Below are positions 14,047-26,681 of a DNA stretch of 64,000 bases, one piece after another (position 1 is the first letter of the stretch; each line of letters begins with the position of its first letter). The position numbers were made by a program, and so were the translations under genes. Origin of the DNA: Takakia lepidozioides (Eukaryota; Plantae; Bryophyta); NCBI GenBank assembly GCA_030704615.1, contig CM060733.1, positions 37,200,001 to 37,264,000 of the forward strand. Reading direction: 5' to 3'. The notes under the pieces are model-generated. The model saw only the letters and a list, made by a program, of their open reading frames with translations. It was not told the DNA's origin and ran no database searches.

Positions 14047-14468
14047 GGTTGGTTATGGGTCAAACAAGAAGACAAGGCACCTAGGGGATGATGTATGTAT
14101 TGACTCTCAGGTCCAACGCAAGTTCAAAGGCAGCCTCATGATGCCTAACATTGGTTATGGGTCAAACAAGAAGACAAGGCACCTAGGGGATGATTTGTGG
14201 ACTCTCGGGTTCAACGCAAGTTCAAGGGCAACATCCTGATGCGTAACATTGGTTATGGTTCAAACAAGAAGACAGTGCACCTAGTGGATGATGTATGGAC
14301 TCTCGGTTTCAGTGCAAGTTCAAAGGCGGGATCTTCATGCCTAACATTGGTTATGGGTCAAACAAGAAGACAAAAGGGGATGATTGGTGGACTATCGGTT
14401 TCAGCGCAAGTTCAAGGACAACATCCTCATGTATAACATTGGTTATGGGTCAAACAAGAAGACAAGGC
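14047..14468. repeat. Tandem repeat, about 98-bp unit, 4 copies plus a partial, inside the MULE
   Basis: TTGGTTATGGGTCAAACAAGAAGACAA recurs near 14049, 14151, 14249, 14347 and 14439, and the intervening sequence is also homologous. Confidence 0.92.
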
Positions 14469-15569
14469 AGACGTTTTGTCAAATTCTGTTACACAATGTT
14501 GTAAGACCCGGAATTCCTCCTCATGCACAAAGGAAAGCCAAATTCATTTTGAATGTTGTTGTATAATGGTCCTGATGAAAAACCATCTAAGTTGCAGTAC
14601 TCTCGTAACATACATGTGCACATTTCTACCTCACTGGCAAGGGCCGCAATACGCATTGGAGTCCAAACCATGTTTAGCGTGGTCAGGTGGTGCGTTGCAG
14701 GAAGTATAGTGCTGAAATGGCTCGTAATGTGTCAACACTGAAGAGGACAGCTAAAGAGGAGCGTGCTGCACAACAGAATGTTGCAGTAAGTACTCGGACA
14801 AAGTTGCAGAATGAAAGATCACTCTCACATCTGTTGTGTTGTCTTATTCTACGTTGCTGTCATCAGTCTACCTTTCCCCAAATGCCAAACATTCATTAAA
14901 TCTTATCAAGTGCTTCAGGACGGATTTTAGGACAATTTCTAATGTTTGTGCAAACGACATTAATCGTTGTGCTTGGTTTTCATAAATGTTAGAATGACAT
15001 CCTCGCTCAACATTCATCCACTCTATCATCCATTCATGATATTTCATCCATATTTGTTCACAACTATTCATCCCCATTCATCCATACTAGCTGTGTCCCA
15101 TCCACATTGGCTCCGCTTCATCCTCATTAACTCATCCACAACCATTCTACACTGATGACAGCAACGTAAAATACCACATTAGCATGGCATTAAATCATCT
15201 AAAGACCATTGTAGACTGATGACCTGGACATTAATACATCCACAACCATTTCAGTATCTACAAACACTATCATTCTGCAACATTCACCAACAAACCCTAA
15301 ACTCTCTTCTGCACCTCGCCTTGTCGCCCACACATGGTTCCCTGTCTGCCAAATGCGCAATCCGCGGCTATAGGTCCCTATTTGCCTGTTCGGTCCGCGG
15401 TTATAGGGCCATCCATGCCTATGAAAATGATGTGGCATGACGTGACGTGGCGTCGGGCACGCTGGCGAGATCGGCTGACGCGGCGTCAGACCCATCAGTC
15501 AACGTGGCAATAACTGATGATGTAGCGTGAGCCCGCCTAGGCTCACGCGCTCATGCGGAAGCATCCCCC

Positions 15570-16598
15570 AGTGTAATGAGGTCAGTTCTTCTTCTATTTA
15601 CCACTTTTCGAATTCTATAATTTTTCGGACCTTCGCTGTTTTGCTTCCACACAATGTATCAGACCTCTCACTATTAAAGCTCGGGCGATCGCGCAAGGTC
15701 ATTCCCCCCTGTCTGTCTTGCAGACGAATAAAATATGTGGGTTGAAGCCTATCTCCCAGGCAGCCATCAGCAGAATCAGACAACGGATTTTTTCCAATAT
15801 CGAGGTTAGAAAAAGTGGTAGTACGTTTGCCAAATGCACAGACTATGAGATGCTCAAAGACCTAATCAAGAAGTCGGTCAAACGTAGCGATGAGCAGGCC
15901 TCGCACAAGAAAACACTTGATAAACACCTCAGGCTTCAGGAGTCTTGCAAGAGACTCTATCACAACTGGAGGAATGAGTCAGCTATGATGCAGTCCGAGT
16001 TCATCTGCATCATTCATGACAAAATGGATCATCGGAAAACAACTATTCCAAAGTTGCAGACGACGAACAAGATGATCTCTGGCTTAGGTTAGCTTCAAAT
16101 CTCGCTAACCGGCATGGTCACCCACGGCCACGGGGACAGAGCCTACAGACAGTACTCTCTAGACTTCTGGCCGGGAGACCCGAACTTCACGATTGGCTCT
16201 CTAGCAAGATGCCTCCGCCAACTAGATAAGCCCTCTTGCCGCGAAAGTCGTAACATCTTTGACAACCTTATAATCCATTTTTCGAATCTCTCATGAAAGG
16301 TAAATCGAGGTGTCTCGACGTCCTGAAACCTTTCGGCGATAAGGAGAAGAAAAAAGGAAACGGGCTCAATCCCCCCTTCCGTGAAGACTCCACGGCCTGC
16401 AGTTGGACAACTGCGTGAAGGAAAACAAAAACAGGTGAATGTTGGCTTTTCTGTCGCTCCTAACTGCGAGAGGAGTGTTTGAGGAGATTCAGATGGGATT
16501 TCTCATGGTTGGCCACACCCATGAGGACATCGACGGATTCTTCAGTTACTTATCGAAGAAGCTGAATCAAAATAGCACATAAGTTCTCTCCGATCTTA
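15570..16598 (+). pseudogene. Sola-like/DUF7869-type transposase, copy A, right part
   Basis: TFAKCTD..., IHDKMDHRKTTIPK, MVTHGHGD, QLDNCVKENKNR*, FLMVGHTHEDIDGFFS. Colinear with copy B across the MULE insertion. Confidence 0.85.
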
Positions 16599-16816
16599 TG
16601 GAGATGTAGAATTTCAAGTACTTTGGGTAGTTGGAAATTCACGAAAAATTGCAAAGTGGGCTTTTCTGGAACAATGGTTGGTGCCTCGACATGAGAGATA
16701 TCAAGGGAAAGGTCTCCGGTTCAAATCCAATAGTAGGCTCTGTGGAAAAAAAATGATTAGACTTGGATGACTTAGATGACATTGGACACTTGGGCCAACG
16801 GCACAGGCTACCCTAG
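16597..16816 (+). mobile_element. 3' half of a non-autonomous Helitron-like repeat
   Basis: Matches 57430-57645. Ends in imperfect hairpin TGGGCCAACGGCACA followed by CTAG, then TC. Confidence 0.55.
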
Positions 16817-17364
16817 TCTATGTTAATAGAAATATGCTAGAGCATGTTGCGGAAATCATGGGAAGGAAAGAGAGTTCTTACCCACATAATAGAAAAGTAT
16901 GACGCGCCTCCCGCCTCCCGAAGGGAGCGTAACTTATGGTGTCGCTTCATCACAAGGGCTACTCCCTTCCAGCTGAAAGGTGGACACCTTCATGACACAC
17001 TAGACCGTGGTTTGAACCCACAACCACATCCAACATGGTATGTGCCCATTACCACCGGGCTACATGCTGGTTGTCCACATGATAGAAATGGAAACAGGGG
17101 CTGGTCATACCACACTTCCTGCACACTCGATTCCGCAGATTAGCACTAATAATTAGACTATAAACTGCTTAGCGAGACTGAACGTGCACTAAGTAGAATT
17201 TGGGTAGGTAGTCGTCGCACTTCTCCGTCCGCCACTCACCCATCTCCAAGAAAAGCGTCCTTACGTTTTCTTCGCCTTCGCCTTCGTCTTCGCCTTCGTC
17301 TTCGTCTCCTTCCTCTCCTCTATCTTCCAGTCCCTCGCATTTTCTGGATGACCAACAGCCTAAA

Positions 17365-17924
17365 ATGGTAGCCTTAGGGGCAGCATTCCGGTGTATTGGA
17401 GTCGAGGTCCCTGTCCTAGGGGCAGCTTTGCAAACTATCGGGGAAGAGGTCCCCAAACTGGAGAACTTACAACTGTTACGCATAGCGATGACCATGGACA
17501 GGATGCAGGAGAACATGGTGACCTTGCAGCAAGCGGTCACCTGTGCCCACTAGCTTGACTGACCTGCACCGCGTTCACCTGTGCAGTTTGGAATGTGTTG
17601 AACGCGGTGCAGGCACAGGTGAACGCGGTGCAGGTCAGTCAAGCTAGTGGGTTCCAACGTTTGGAACAAAGGCCGAGTATTACGCAGCAGCAAAGCCTAT
17701 CCAGGATAGTAAACTCTTCCCTGGCGTTGGTTTCCCCTTTGCTGGGAGTGGTGAATGACGAAGGGAACATTCCCCCTCGCTTCCCGGCAAGCAAGGTTGC
17801 ATGTACACGCTTGGCAGAGGACGCCCTCGACGAGCTACTCCGTTTTTATCGCCTCCCTGTGACCGGTGATGTGGATTCGAAGCGACTCCTCCTATGTTAT
17901 CACTTAGGGTTCGCCTTGAATTGA
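17365..17924 (+). pseudogene. Small coiled-coil protein with Mug135-like C-terminal domain, disrupted by an inverted duplication
   Basis: GNIPPRFPASK...LDELLRFYRLPVTGDVDSKRLLLCYHLG resembles the Mug135_C pattern (from memory). Paralog at 58092-58591. Confidence 0.5.
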
Positions 17925-20900
17925 CAAAGTGGGGTGTGATCTGTGGTTTGGCCAAAAGATAGGGGGTTCCGGCATGTCGTACTGCTTGTACGTGGGTCTT
18001 GGAGGATTTACAGCTGAAGCACTGCTGGAGAGTGCAGTAAGGGTTTTTTGCATAGTAAAAGAGTACCAATTGGGTGGGTACAAAGCTGGATTTCCTTAAT
18101 CCAGAGGTCCACCTGTGTGGGGCAAGATCCCATTCTCTAATCCAGATAGCGCTACCTGGTAGACCCTCCATGTAGCAGTTATAGTATTAGCAGAGGTATG
18201 GTAAAATACAGATGAGAGAGTGGGATCTGAGGTATCTTGTGTGACCCGCGGGTTATGGTGAGTGTTAGGGCTTAAGCAGTATCGAGATTGGGGGCTACGG
18301 TTAGAGATCCTTACAATGGATCTGATGGCCTTATGACTTTTTCCACACTCAATGGAGTGCTTGGCACTCCGTACTTTTTATTAAATTGGTCGTTTAATGT
18401 GTGTGAATGGTGTGTAGCATAGTCATATGATCTGGTTAATGTGGTGGGCCGAGGTAGTAGAGATGTTACACTAGAGCATCGCAGGTATTATTTGACAGAG
18501 AAACATGTTGTCTGAGGGTGTGATAAATCTTAGAAGAGGCAGGTAGGCATTTGGTCATGGTAATTTAGGAGTGGTGGGAAGAGGTAAAGCATTTATGCCA
18601 AGATAGATGTAAGATAGGTGTATTGTAGTGGGAGGGGAGGGGGAGGCCTGTATATTTTTGGTGTAAGTGGGAATAGAGGCTGCAGCTTTTGAGCAGAATC
18701 TATATGACGAGACTAAGAGATATGTGCCTTTGCCATTCTTCTGAGAAGGGATTTGCTTATGTCTATTTTGTGAAGGGATGGAGGTAGTGCCTTTTGAGTA
18801 ATACTTGTATGAAAGGAGGAGTTCATATGCTGATGTATTGTATTTGTGATGTAGTAATAAGACTTGTACCAGAATTGGTAGGGCGGTATATTGTAGAGAA
18901 TGTGTGTGGATAGTAATACGAGTGAAGGGTTGGATCATTATATTTGTGTTGTTGTCATGTGTTTTTGTCATTAAAGTGCAGTCAGTAGCTCTGTGGGTGA
19001 GCTAGCCAACTAGTATGCAAGGGTACGATATTAGACTTCTTCCTGTAGTGAGGAGCAGAGAATGTTATAAACATATGAGCATTTGTTAAAGTGGTGTTGG
19101 GAAGCACCATAAGCTCTTGAAAGTGCGAAGTAGGAGCAGTGATGTGTGGGATTAAAGTTCACAACAAGGGATAAAGGGCTCTTACCGTGTTCAGGATGGT
19201 GGCGATTGTTTTAGTCATTTTCAGCCTCATGCAGAGGCAAACTCTAATCTGTGGTAGGAGTGCAAGGTTCAGGCAGAAAATGAGGGCAAAAAGGCAAGTT
19301 AGCATGGAGGTGCTTATACCCCACAAAAATCTAAAACCCCTGAAATTGGTTGGTCAAGGCCAAAAATTCTGGTTCTCAAAACCGAAAACAAAAAGTGCCT
19401 AAAAGTCGCATAGAGTTTAGGGTTTAGAGTTTAGAGTTTAGTCGCATAGAGTTGGGGTTTCTGGGACTGTTCATGTGATAGCGGGTTTAAGGGAGGGGCA
19501 ACTTCGTTGCAGTAGGAGAGAATGAGGAAGTGGAGGCGGAAAATCACTGGACAGCAGACTGGTTGTGTGCACAGCTTCTTGGTCTGAAGGCCGGTCTTGC
19601 GGACTTGTGTTCCTCGCTCCGTGTTCCATCCCAGTCTTGCTTGGAGGTTTGCTTGCACACAGCTCTTTCATCGATGAATCTCTTCATCGTTTCCGTCCTC
19701 CGATCAATAGTGCTGAATGTTGACTCTCATGTGGAGGATACAAGAAATGCAGAGTTGCCGGCAGCAGACAAGCAGCCGATAAAAGAGGCACAGTGTATCC
19801 TTACGAGTTCCTTTCGGAAGCGTACAATCAAGGAGGAAACGCCGCCTGCTGCTCGAGTAAGTACTCAGTAAACTTTTTCAAGTGACCATCACACCTCCCC
19901 CTGAAAAGACATTCTTCTCGTTCTCGAAATTCGTTCTGATTTGGTCTCTGTTCCTGCCTCTGAATTTAGTCTTTCCCACATCACTCTGATCAGTCAGCGC
20001 ATCTGTCAGATCTCTCTCTCTCTCTCTAGCCGATCTCTTAATCGATGAAAACAAAGTCAAAGTGATGCTGAAAGATTATAATGTTTTGACACCGAACTTC
20101 CCTTTGTTGTGTAGTTCTTGACGCATGAAGATCCGCTGTTCCGTAATATAATAGTCTAGTTCCCCTGTTAGTTGCCCAATCTTTGCTGGTGGCCACATCA
20201 CTGCAGGAGCAAACGCATTGTCCAAATCCCATTCTTTTCGACCTTTTTTTTTTTATTGGTCTCCCCGCAAGTACATTTTTCCGATCACTTCTGTGTTCTT
20301 GGTCTAGAATATGGCTATGGCAACCTGCTTGCAGAGAACAATATCTTGTTTCCTCACATATCTTCTTTTAGTTTTTCTGCACTGTTGTTGTCTGATCCCG
20401 ACCTTCTCCAACCTTGCCATATGCTGGGAATTCAGTTGTCTTATCTATCTTCTACTAGTTACGAGTTACTGAGGATGGATGTCATCAAAACGGCCTCCTT
20501 TTGGCTGATGTCTCACACCTTGATAAGGTACCATGTTGAAGCCTTTTGCAAACATACTTTGGGCTGCGTTGTGGACTTCAAACATGTTTGCAGAGGGCTC
20601 TTAATACCCTTGTGAAGCTTGAGCACCAGGTCCTTCATGTAGTAACAAATGGGTTTTTGCTGATATATTACAGGAAAGATGACAAAAAGCACTTTCCTCT
20701 ATTGCCCTTGCAAGGTGAAGGGGAGGGGAGAACCACGGGTGTAAATTGATTAGGGTTTATGCTAAGAGGGAGAGGGATCTCTCCGCTTGTGGCATTGCAA
20801 GTAGGGTTTGTAGCCGAGGGAGTACATATAGGATTTTACGGGGGCAATGGAGAGGGAGAGGAATGAGTCCCTTATTAGACTCTGTTCGCCGTAGACTTGA

Positions 20901-23900
20901 GGCAATATATTCTGCACCCCTTAAAGTGGAGAAGAGGGGCGGGGGTATGAGAACAGAGCAAATGGATCTACTACAGTCACGGAAGGGTCAGTCCATAGTG
21001 GGACTTATTCTAAAAATGAAGTTGATTCTAGCCTTTGAGATGTTCTAAGGAAATCTCTTTAACTTAACCTACATGAACGAGTCTGGTTGATGCTTTCGAA
21101 AAGGGCCTCTTGTGAAGAAGATTACCCATGACAACACAAGAAAGTTTTTCTGCCTTCCAACCAATAGAGTTGACAATCTTCAATACCTTGTCCCATCCAT
21201 TCCAGACAACTGGAACCAGCATCTCACCATAACTTCCTCTACTCTTAAATGAAGTGGGGGCTCTAAATTCTGATCCCATACAAACACTAGTAGTTATGGA
21301 GGAAGTTGATCCCCCTCGGTGTAGGATTTTTGATGTAACAGTGGGTCCTTAATGCTTTCTTTTCCATGGACATCCTGGCCGTGGGTAAAAATTTGGTCAA
21401 CACATCCACTCATCAGGTCAGGAAATGTAGCCCCTTTTTGTTTTGTATTTGACATGTCCACAAACACACGTGGAGAATGGGTAGAGGCTGAATGAGATGT
21501 ATACGAGTAGAGGCGCAGTGACAATAAAAACAACAGTGCAACCGCCAGGTGGTATAAGGGGTGGGTTAGGCTGCACCGCTTGTGCTTTGAACTCACTTAC
21601 GAGTTGGTGTGTGGAAGCCTCCCTATCCTCTACATTGAGTTGAGGTTAATTTCAAGTGGTCTCATGCTTTTGAATTGCCTTTGCAGTTGACTCCTTTTAT
21701 AGTTTAACGTGGATCTTTGTGAACGATGTTAGATACATTAAGACGTATATCTGGAATTTTGGATTTTGGCATGCAGAGTCAGTGGAGGGATGGCAATGTG
21801 CAAGAAAAACCCTTAGCCAAGAGCTGGCGCACTTATATACAACTGTGGCGATCCCTCACCAGTAAAGGACAAGAGAAGGTACTTCATTGGCTTTCCCAAA
21901 GGTTCCCCCAAAGAGGAATGGGCTTGTGATGCTGTAGATCAGGTGAAAACAGCAAACAGTCACCATTCACACTTCGGAGAAGTGAGCATTTGTGTCTGGG
22001 TTCGCAGGTCAAAGAACTCCCGCTGGTGAATGCTGTCTCTGTCAAGAAGTACATCAGTCATACAAGGTAAGGTCTTCTTGGCAGCATTGTCTACGTATCC
22101 GTCAGACCCATTAAATATCTGGATGGTATTGATATGGACAATGTGGATATATTCTGGTTTGGTGGTTGGTCTGTTGTTATCAAACGTTCCTTACACACAT
22201 TGTTTGATCCAAACAAATGCAAGGACGGTCTATGAAGTTGTTGTCAGTTGTCATAAAAGTAAACTAGGCATTGATGGGTTTATTGTTCTACTAGGCTAAT
22301 GTCCTCCCCTACAGGTATGTGTTATTTCCGAATTTTTGTATGGCACTGCCCCAACCCTTGGGTCAGTTCTATGTAGTTATTGTCAGCTTTGGGCCACTAG
22401 CGAGTAGTTACAATAACTGGGTTCCCATGTACATAGGCAAGCTTCATTTCCAAGTCTGAATAGAGGTGTAGTTTCTGCACACCGTAGCTAGTTATTAAAA
22501 TTATATCATTGACTGTATTGACAGCAGTCATTCCAGCAGTTACTTCTTGTGAACCTTCAGTTCCATCTTCAGAACCTGGCAAGTCTTTCTCTTAGTGTAA
22601 TCATAAGAGTCTTACATGATATTTGATCCCCTACCTGGGAGCAAGTGATTGTCTAATTCATCTGGTGGTGGGAGTGATGTGCAGTGTCTCTTTGGCTCTC
22701 GAGCTATTTCCAGTGCTGACAATTTGAAGCCACACGTCTCTTAAGATGTTTGACACTCTAGTCCTTAATCAGGTATTTTCATTGTCCATGCAACCTTGCA
22801 TAATGTAGACTGTTGTTTCACTTGCCCAATAACAGTTGCAAAGGTGGAAAAATAGAACCCAACATCACTAATGCCCCCTCAAGCCCTTGTTTGAAAGTTT
22901 GCACTGATATGGCTAATTTAGTGTGACCGGGGTTTAGTGTCAAGTCTTCCCTATTGACTTTTAAACGGCCATGTGATGCCCAACCTTATGGCTGTGTGGG
23001 CGATGTAATAAAAGCCACAACTCATACTGGCTTGGTGGCTTGTTGGTTCCTACTTTTGAACCTAGTAACCGTCCATGGTGTGCCTAGGTGCCATAACTAC
23101 TGCGCTATTTGTTCGAATTGCTCAGACTCATGTAGCTAATGCATCTCTATTCAGGATCCGAGTTATCCGTTACCCTTCCAGAATTCAGTCTTGCATGGGA
23201 TTGAAAATAGCTATGGTACAACTCTGAGGAGCTTGTGCAGCGAGTTTTTTTGGGTTACAAGTTGAAGGATGAGAGCAGGCAGAGGGAGGGAGAGAGGGCT
23301 TCCCAGGGGCTTCTGATACGTGGAAATGTTACTTGGGATTTTGGTTAGATCTAAGAGGAGACAATGTAAAGTGGAGCATGATGATGCAGGCATATGACAG
23401 GCTACAGGACATCGGTTACTGCAAGGCTGACTTGACAGACCATGCAACAACCAAAAGGAGCGGCATATCTGAGTTTGACCAACTGAGCAACTCAGAGACT
23501 GCTGAGTGGTTAACATCTGCACCAGCAGGTGGAAAATGTTGCATGTGTGAACAACAACAATTTGAGTGCACATGAGTTCCTCAAGGCAATAGTTGCATTC
23601 TGCCAGCAGCAAAAGATCTCTAGATGCAATAATGTTCCTCTTGACAAGCCAAGATATGCAGTTTTCTGTGGGGATCAGCTATATTGTCATTCTTATTTAC
23701 CCCTCTAGTCAACGGATGGTTAACTAGAGGAGTCCCTGGTAACTTGCACACTAAAAGCTGGGGTGTAACATATTGTACTGAATCTAGGACTGCCTGAGAA
23801 CACAAAGCAATGTATGACTAGCAAACACCTCTGTAAAAATGCAGAACCAATTACTAGGATGTCATTGTACATCTACCTTGGCTGACGTTTTCCAGCTATT

Positions 23901-24106
23901 TCTCATCGATGGTTACTACATGAAGGCCTGACAACTTTTCTTATGGTTGTTCATTCAGTTGTCAGTCATTTCTTACGCTTTTAGATCAAGCATTGTTATC
24001 AAAGGACCATTACCAAAGAATGAAATGAAATGAAATGAAATGGTGCTTTATAACGTTGTATAAAGAATGTAAGTCATTACAACTTTCTTGTCCTGTTGTG
24101 CTGTAG

Positions 24107-24286
24107 GGTGATGAGGAGGGCGATGAGGAGGGTGATGATGGGGAAGAGGAAGGAGAGGAGGAGGAGGATGCGGAAGGTAACAATGAAGAGGAGGATGAGG
24201 GCGATGATGATGAAGATGGGGAGCATGAGGAGCAGCAGGAGGATTCAGATTCAGACATTGAGCCCCCAAAGGAAAAAAGGAAGTAA
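24107..24286 (+). other. Orphan terminal exon encoding a D/E-rich tail with basic end
   Basis: Acceptor ...TGTGCTGTAG, then GDEEGDEEGDDGEEEG...DSDSDIEPPKEKRK-stop in frame. Confidence 0.5.
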
Positions 24287-24622
24287 GAGGTTAGTTTAGC
24301 GTAACAGTGTTTGCAGAATATGTGCAATTTTGACACATCGCTGTCAGATTCTGTTTGGCTTCATCTTTTGTCCGCTCAGTGGCACCACTAACTACTCTTG
24401 GTGGGGAGGGAGGGTCAGAGGTGTCAATAGATGTAGGCTGGGGCAAGCTGTTGGGCTGCCAGCAATGTTGGAGAAGGCTGCTGGTTGCTTTTTGAACACT
24501 TGACACAACCTTTGTAACTATCTCCTGGTGGCATGACTGAAGATAGTGATTGATACCTAAACCTGCTGCTTGACAACTGTTTTTTTGACTCGTGGACTAG
24601 GCAAAGCTTCAATAAAATCACT

Positions 24623-24806
24623 GCACTTGAGCAGGTAGCCCAGCGGTTGGGTGTTTGTGCCTTGCCTGTGCATAACCTAGGTGATCCTGGGTTCAGTCCT
24701 TCAACATTGCCTTCAGACCGTCCATTGGGCCCTCGATGGCTCGGGTGTTGAGCAATAGGCTCTGTAAATTCACTGGACGTTAAAGAAACTTTATCTTATC
24801 TTATCT
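24623..24806 (+). mobile_element. tRNA-derived SINE-like element
   Basis: A-box-like TAGCCCAGCGGTTGG, B-box-like GGGTTCAGTCC and a (TTATC)3 tail. Confidence 0.55.
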
Positions 24807-24997
24807 CTTCCAATGTTTACCACAGCTAACTTTCACTTGGAAGGTCCACAAATATGCAAAGTTCTATGCGAAGTTCTGGGGAAGATAGCTTGGTGAATGT
24901 GGTCACATTCTTTAACCTTTTTAACCCCTTCAACCCACACAATAGGACATAAAAATGTTCTTTAATACCATCTAGTTTTCAGAGTCATTTGCTTAAT

Positions 24998-25126
24998 GCA
25001 CAGCTCATTAGAGGGCCCATTAGACAGCTGAAGGGACATTTTGAAGGACTGAACCCAGGATCATGGTGATTATATAGGCAAGGCTCAGACACCCACCAAC
25101 CATGGCTGCCTGCTCACTGAGTGCTT
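24998..25126 (-). mobile_element. Second, inverted copy of the same SINE-like element
   Basis: Reverse complement shares GAGCAGG.AGCC...GCCTTGCCT...GATCCTGGGTTCAGTCCTTCAA...TGGGCCCTC with 24623-24750. Confidence 0.6.
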
Positions 25127-25427
25127 AAGTATCAGTCAAAGGAATATGTGAGAGCTCAAAAACACGAAACTGACAGAGAATTATGAGCAGCCTCTCTTGA
25201 GAGCAGTTATATGAATTAAGACGTTCACAAAAGATAACTGGTGAAGATTGTTCACCCATGTCTTTCTTTCACTTCAGTTTGCATGATACAGTTGAATGTT
25301 CTGGACAAGAAGGATGGCCCCAGCATCCTCCTGTCCACAGGCTTGCGCAATGGTTCCCCAACACTAGCAAAAAGACAGATGGCCATTGCAATTGGATCAT
25401 AAGACTGAACTGGACATGTATTTGCTC

Positions 25428-25586
25428 TTGGCTTTCATCTTTCCTTTGAAAAAGTAGGCTTCAGTTCAGTCTGGATATCTTAAGTGAGCAGATAGATATT
25501 CAGGGCTTGAGACTGAGGCAGTAAGTGACATTGATGCCTAATGTCTCCCTCTCTTTGAGATTGTGCTCCTTCCACAGGCTGGAACA
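25428..25586. repeat. Dispersed repeat also present at about 60391-60558 (possibly decayed LINE sequence)
   Basis: Direct sequence match GGCTTTCATCTTT...CCACAGGCTGGAAC. LINE identity is only weakly suggested. Confidence 0.7.
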
Positions 25587-26243
25587 TTTTGTCCACCGAG
25601 TGGACCTTCCTTTCAGCTACACACCATGATGTTGTCATTGGCAGGGATGGGAAGGATGCTATGGTTTCCAAGTGCCTCACTGGTCGGCCAAAGACATTGG
25701 AGAAGGCTCAGACTGTTTTCCTGCTTTGGGTAGAACTTGAAGAGTGTTGATGTAATTTTAATTCCTTGAAACCAAGACAGAAAACCATCCCTGATGATAA
25801 ACTAGCTCCCCCACCAGTTCTCGCCAACTCAACAGTGCCAACTTAAGCCAGTCCAAGTCCTCATCTTAGGATAAATGTGGTCTCTGCTTAGTGCCACAAT
25901 GGCACAATTCCCATTACTTTGTGACAGCATTGTAGGCATAGGTGATGTGAACAGCTCTCTGTATAATGTCTGTGCCCACCTCATCCCCCTGATCAATACT
26001 GTGAATTCAGCTTGAGCTTCTGAACTCACATGAGCATTTTGGTCGTTGGCTCATTGGTATCATTATGTTGGTATCGTTGGTCTGGTATCAGGTTTAGGAC
26101 ATACCAGACTGGTCCTAGTCAATGTATTTTCTTACAGATACTGGTATGAGTATGAGTATCATGACCACAATACCAGCTGGTATGAGATATCAATTCTGGT
26201 ATCATTCCAAAGCCATTTGACTTACAAGTTTATCAAATATCAA

Positions 26244-26681
26244 GTAGAAACAAATGCATGGTTACATGCGAGCCCTGCCCTTGCATAGTTATGAATTGGT
26301 TGTGAAATGATTGACAAAATAATTCGGTAGATTAAATGCTAGGGAAATTGTGGTCGATCCAATATGCTTCTTCTGTTCTAGACAAATAATGTTGGGTGGT
26401 TGCAATAATCCATAGTAATGTGGCCTCTACTTTTGAGCACATAATCTACTGCCATTTTTGTATTAGAGACAAACCCAATATGCTACTTTTCATGAATTTT
26501 TCAGTGACAAAAAGTACTTAAGATTCAATATCTCCCACAGGGCCCAAATCTAAAAATTATGTAACCGCCTCGGTGAGGGTTTTCTAGCGGTATCAAGACC
26601 ACGGACGGAGGCCTTACAGTTTGGGAGATCTCATCGACCCTACAAAACCAAACAGACAAACTACCTCACTTGATATATTGA
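26244..26681 (-). mobile_element. Non-autonomous Helitron-like repeat, diverged relative of 57245-57645
   Basis: Minus strand begins A|TCAATATAT...GTTTG...GAGATCTCCCAAAC...TGTGGGAGAT...AAGTACTTT. It ends with hairpin GCATG-TAAC-CATGC and then CTAC|T. Confidence 0.5.

Larger units (their letters stand above)
4032..15569 (-). mobile_element. Large Mutator-like element (MULE) with short imperfect TIRs and cargo gene
   Basis: AGTGTAATG is duplicated at 4023-4031 and 15570-15578, while the paralogous empty site (about 39222-39230, minus strand) has one copy. Ends are GGACGTGACTTCCGCGTAAGCG and, reverse-complemented, GGGGGATGCTTCCGCATGAGCG. Contains a MULE transposase. Confidence 0.92.
16234..22470 (+). 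repeat. Segmental duplication, copy 1 (direct repeat of about 54951-64000 with internal indels)
   Basis: Long near-identical stretches such as 17100-19405 vs 57822-60146 and 19945-22350 vs 60560-63095. Paired ORFs appear in the ORF track. Confidence 0.95.

Noticed and set aside
14047-14468. CRISPR-like array
   Set aside because: The supposed spacers are homologous to each other, the context is eukaryotic and no cas genes are present. It is a tandem repeat.
19945-22350. Short ORFs conserved between the duplicated blocks
   Set aside because: Conservation is explained by recent duplication and no domain is recognisable.
24010-24336. Ser-rich, His/Pro-rich and Arg/Met-rich ORFs
   Set aside because: Alternative frames of the GA-rich acidic exon.
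25200-26030. LINE ORF2 or viral polymerase remnant
   Set aside because: Only isolated short motifs, with no convincing RT or RdRp signature in order.
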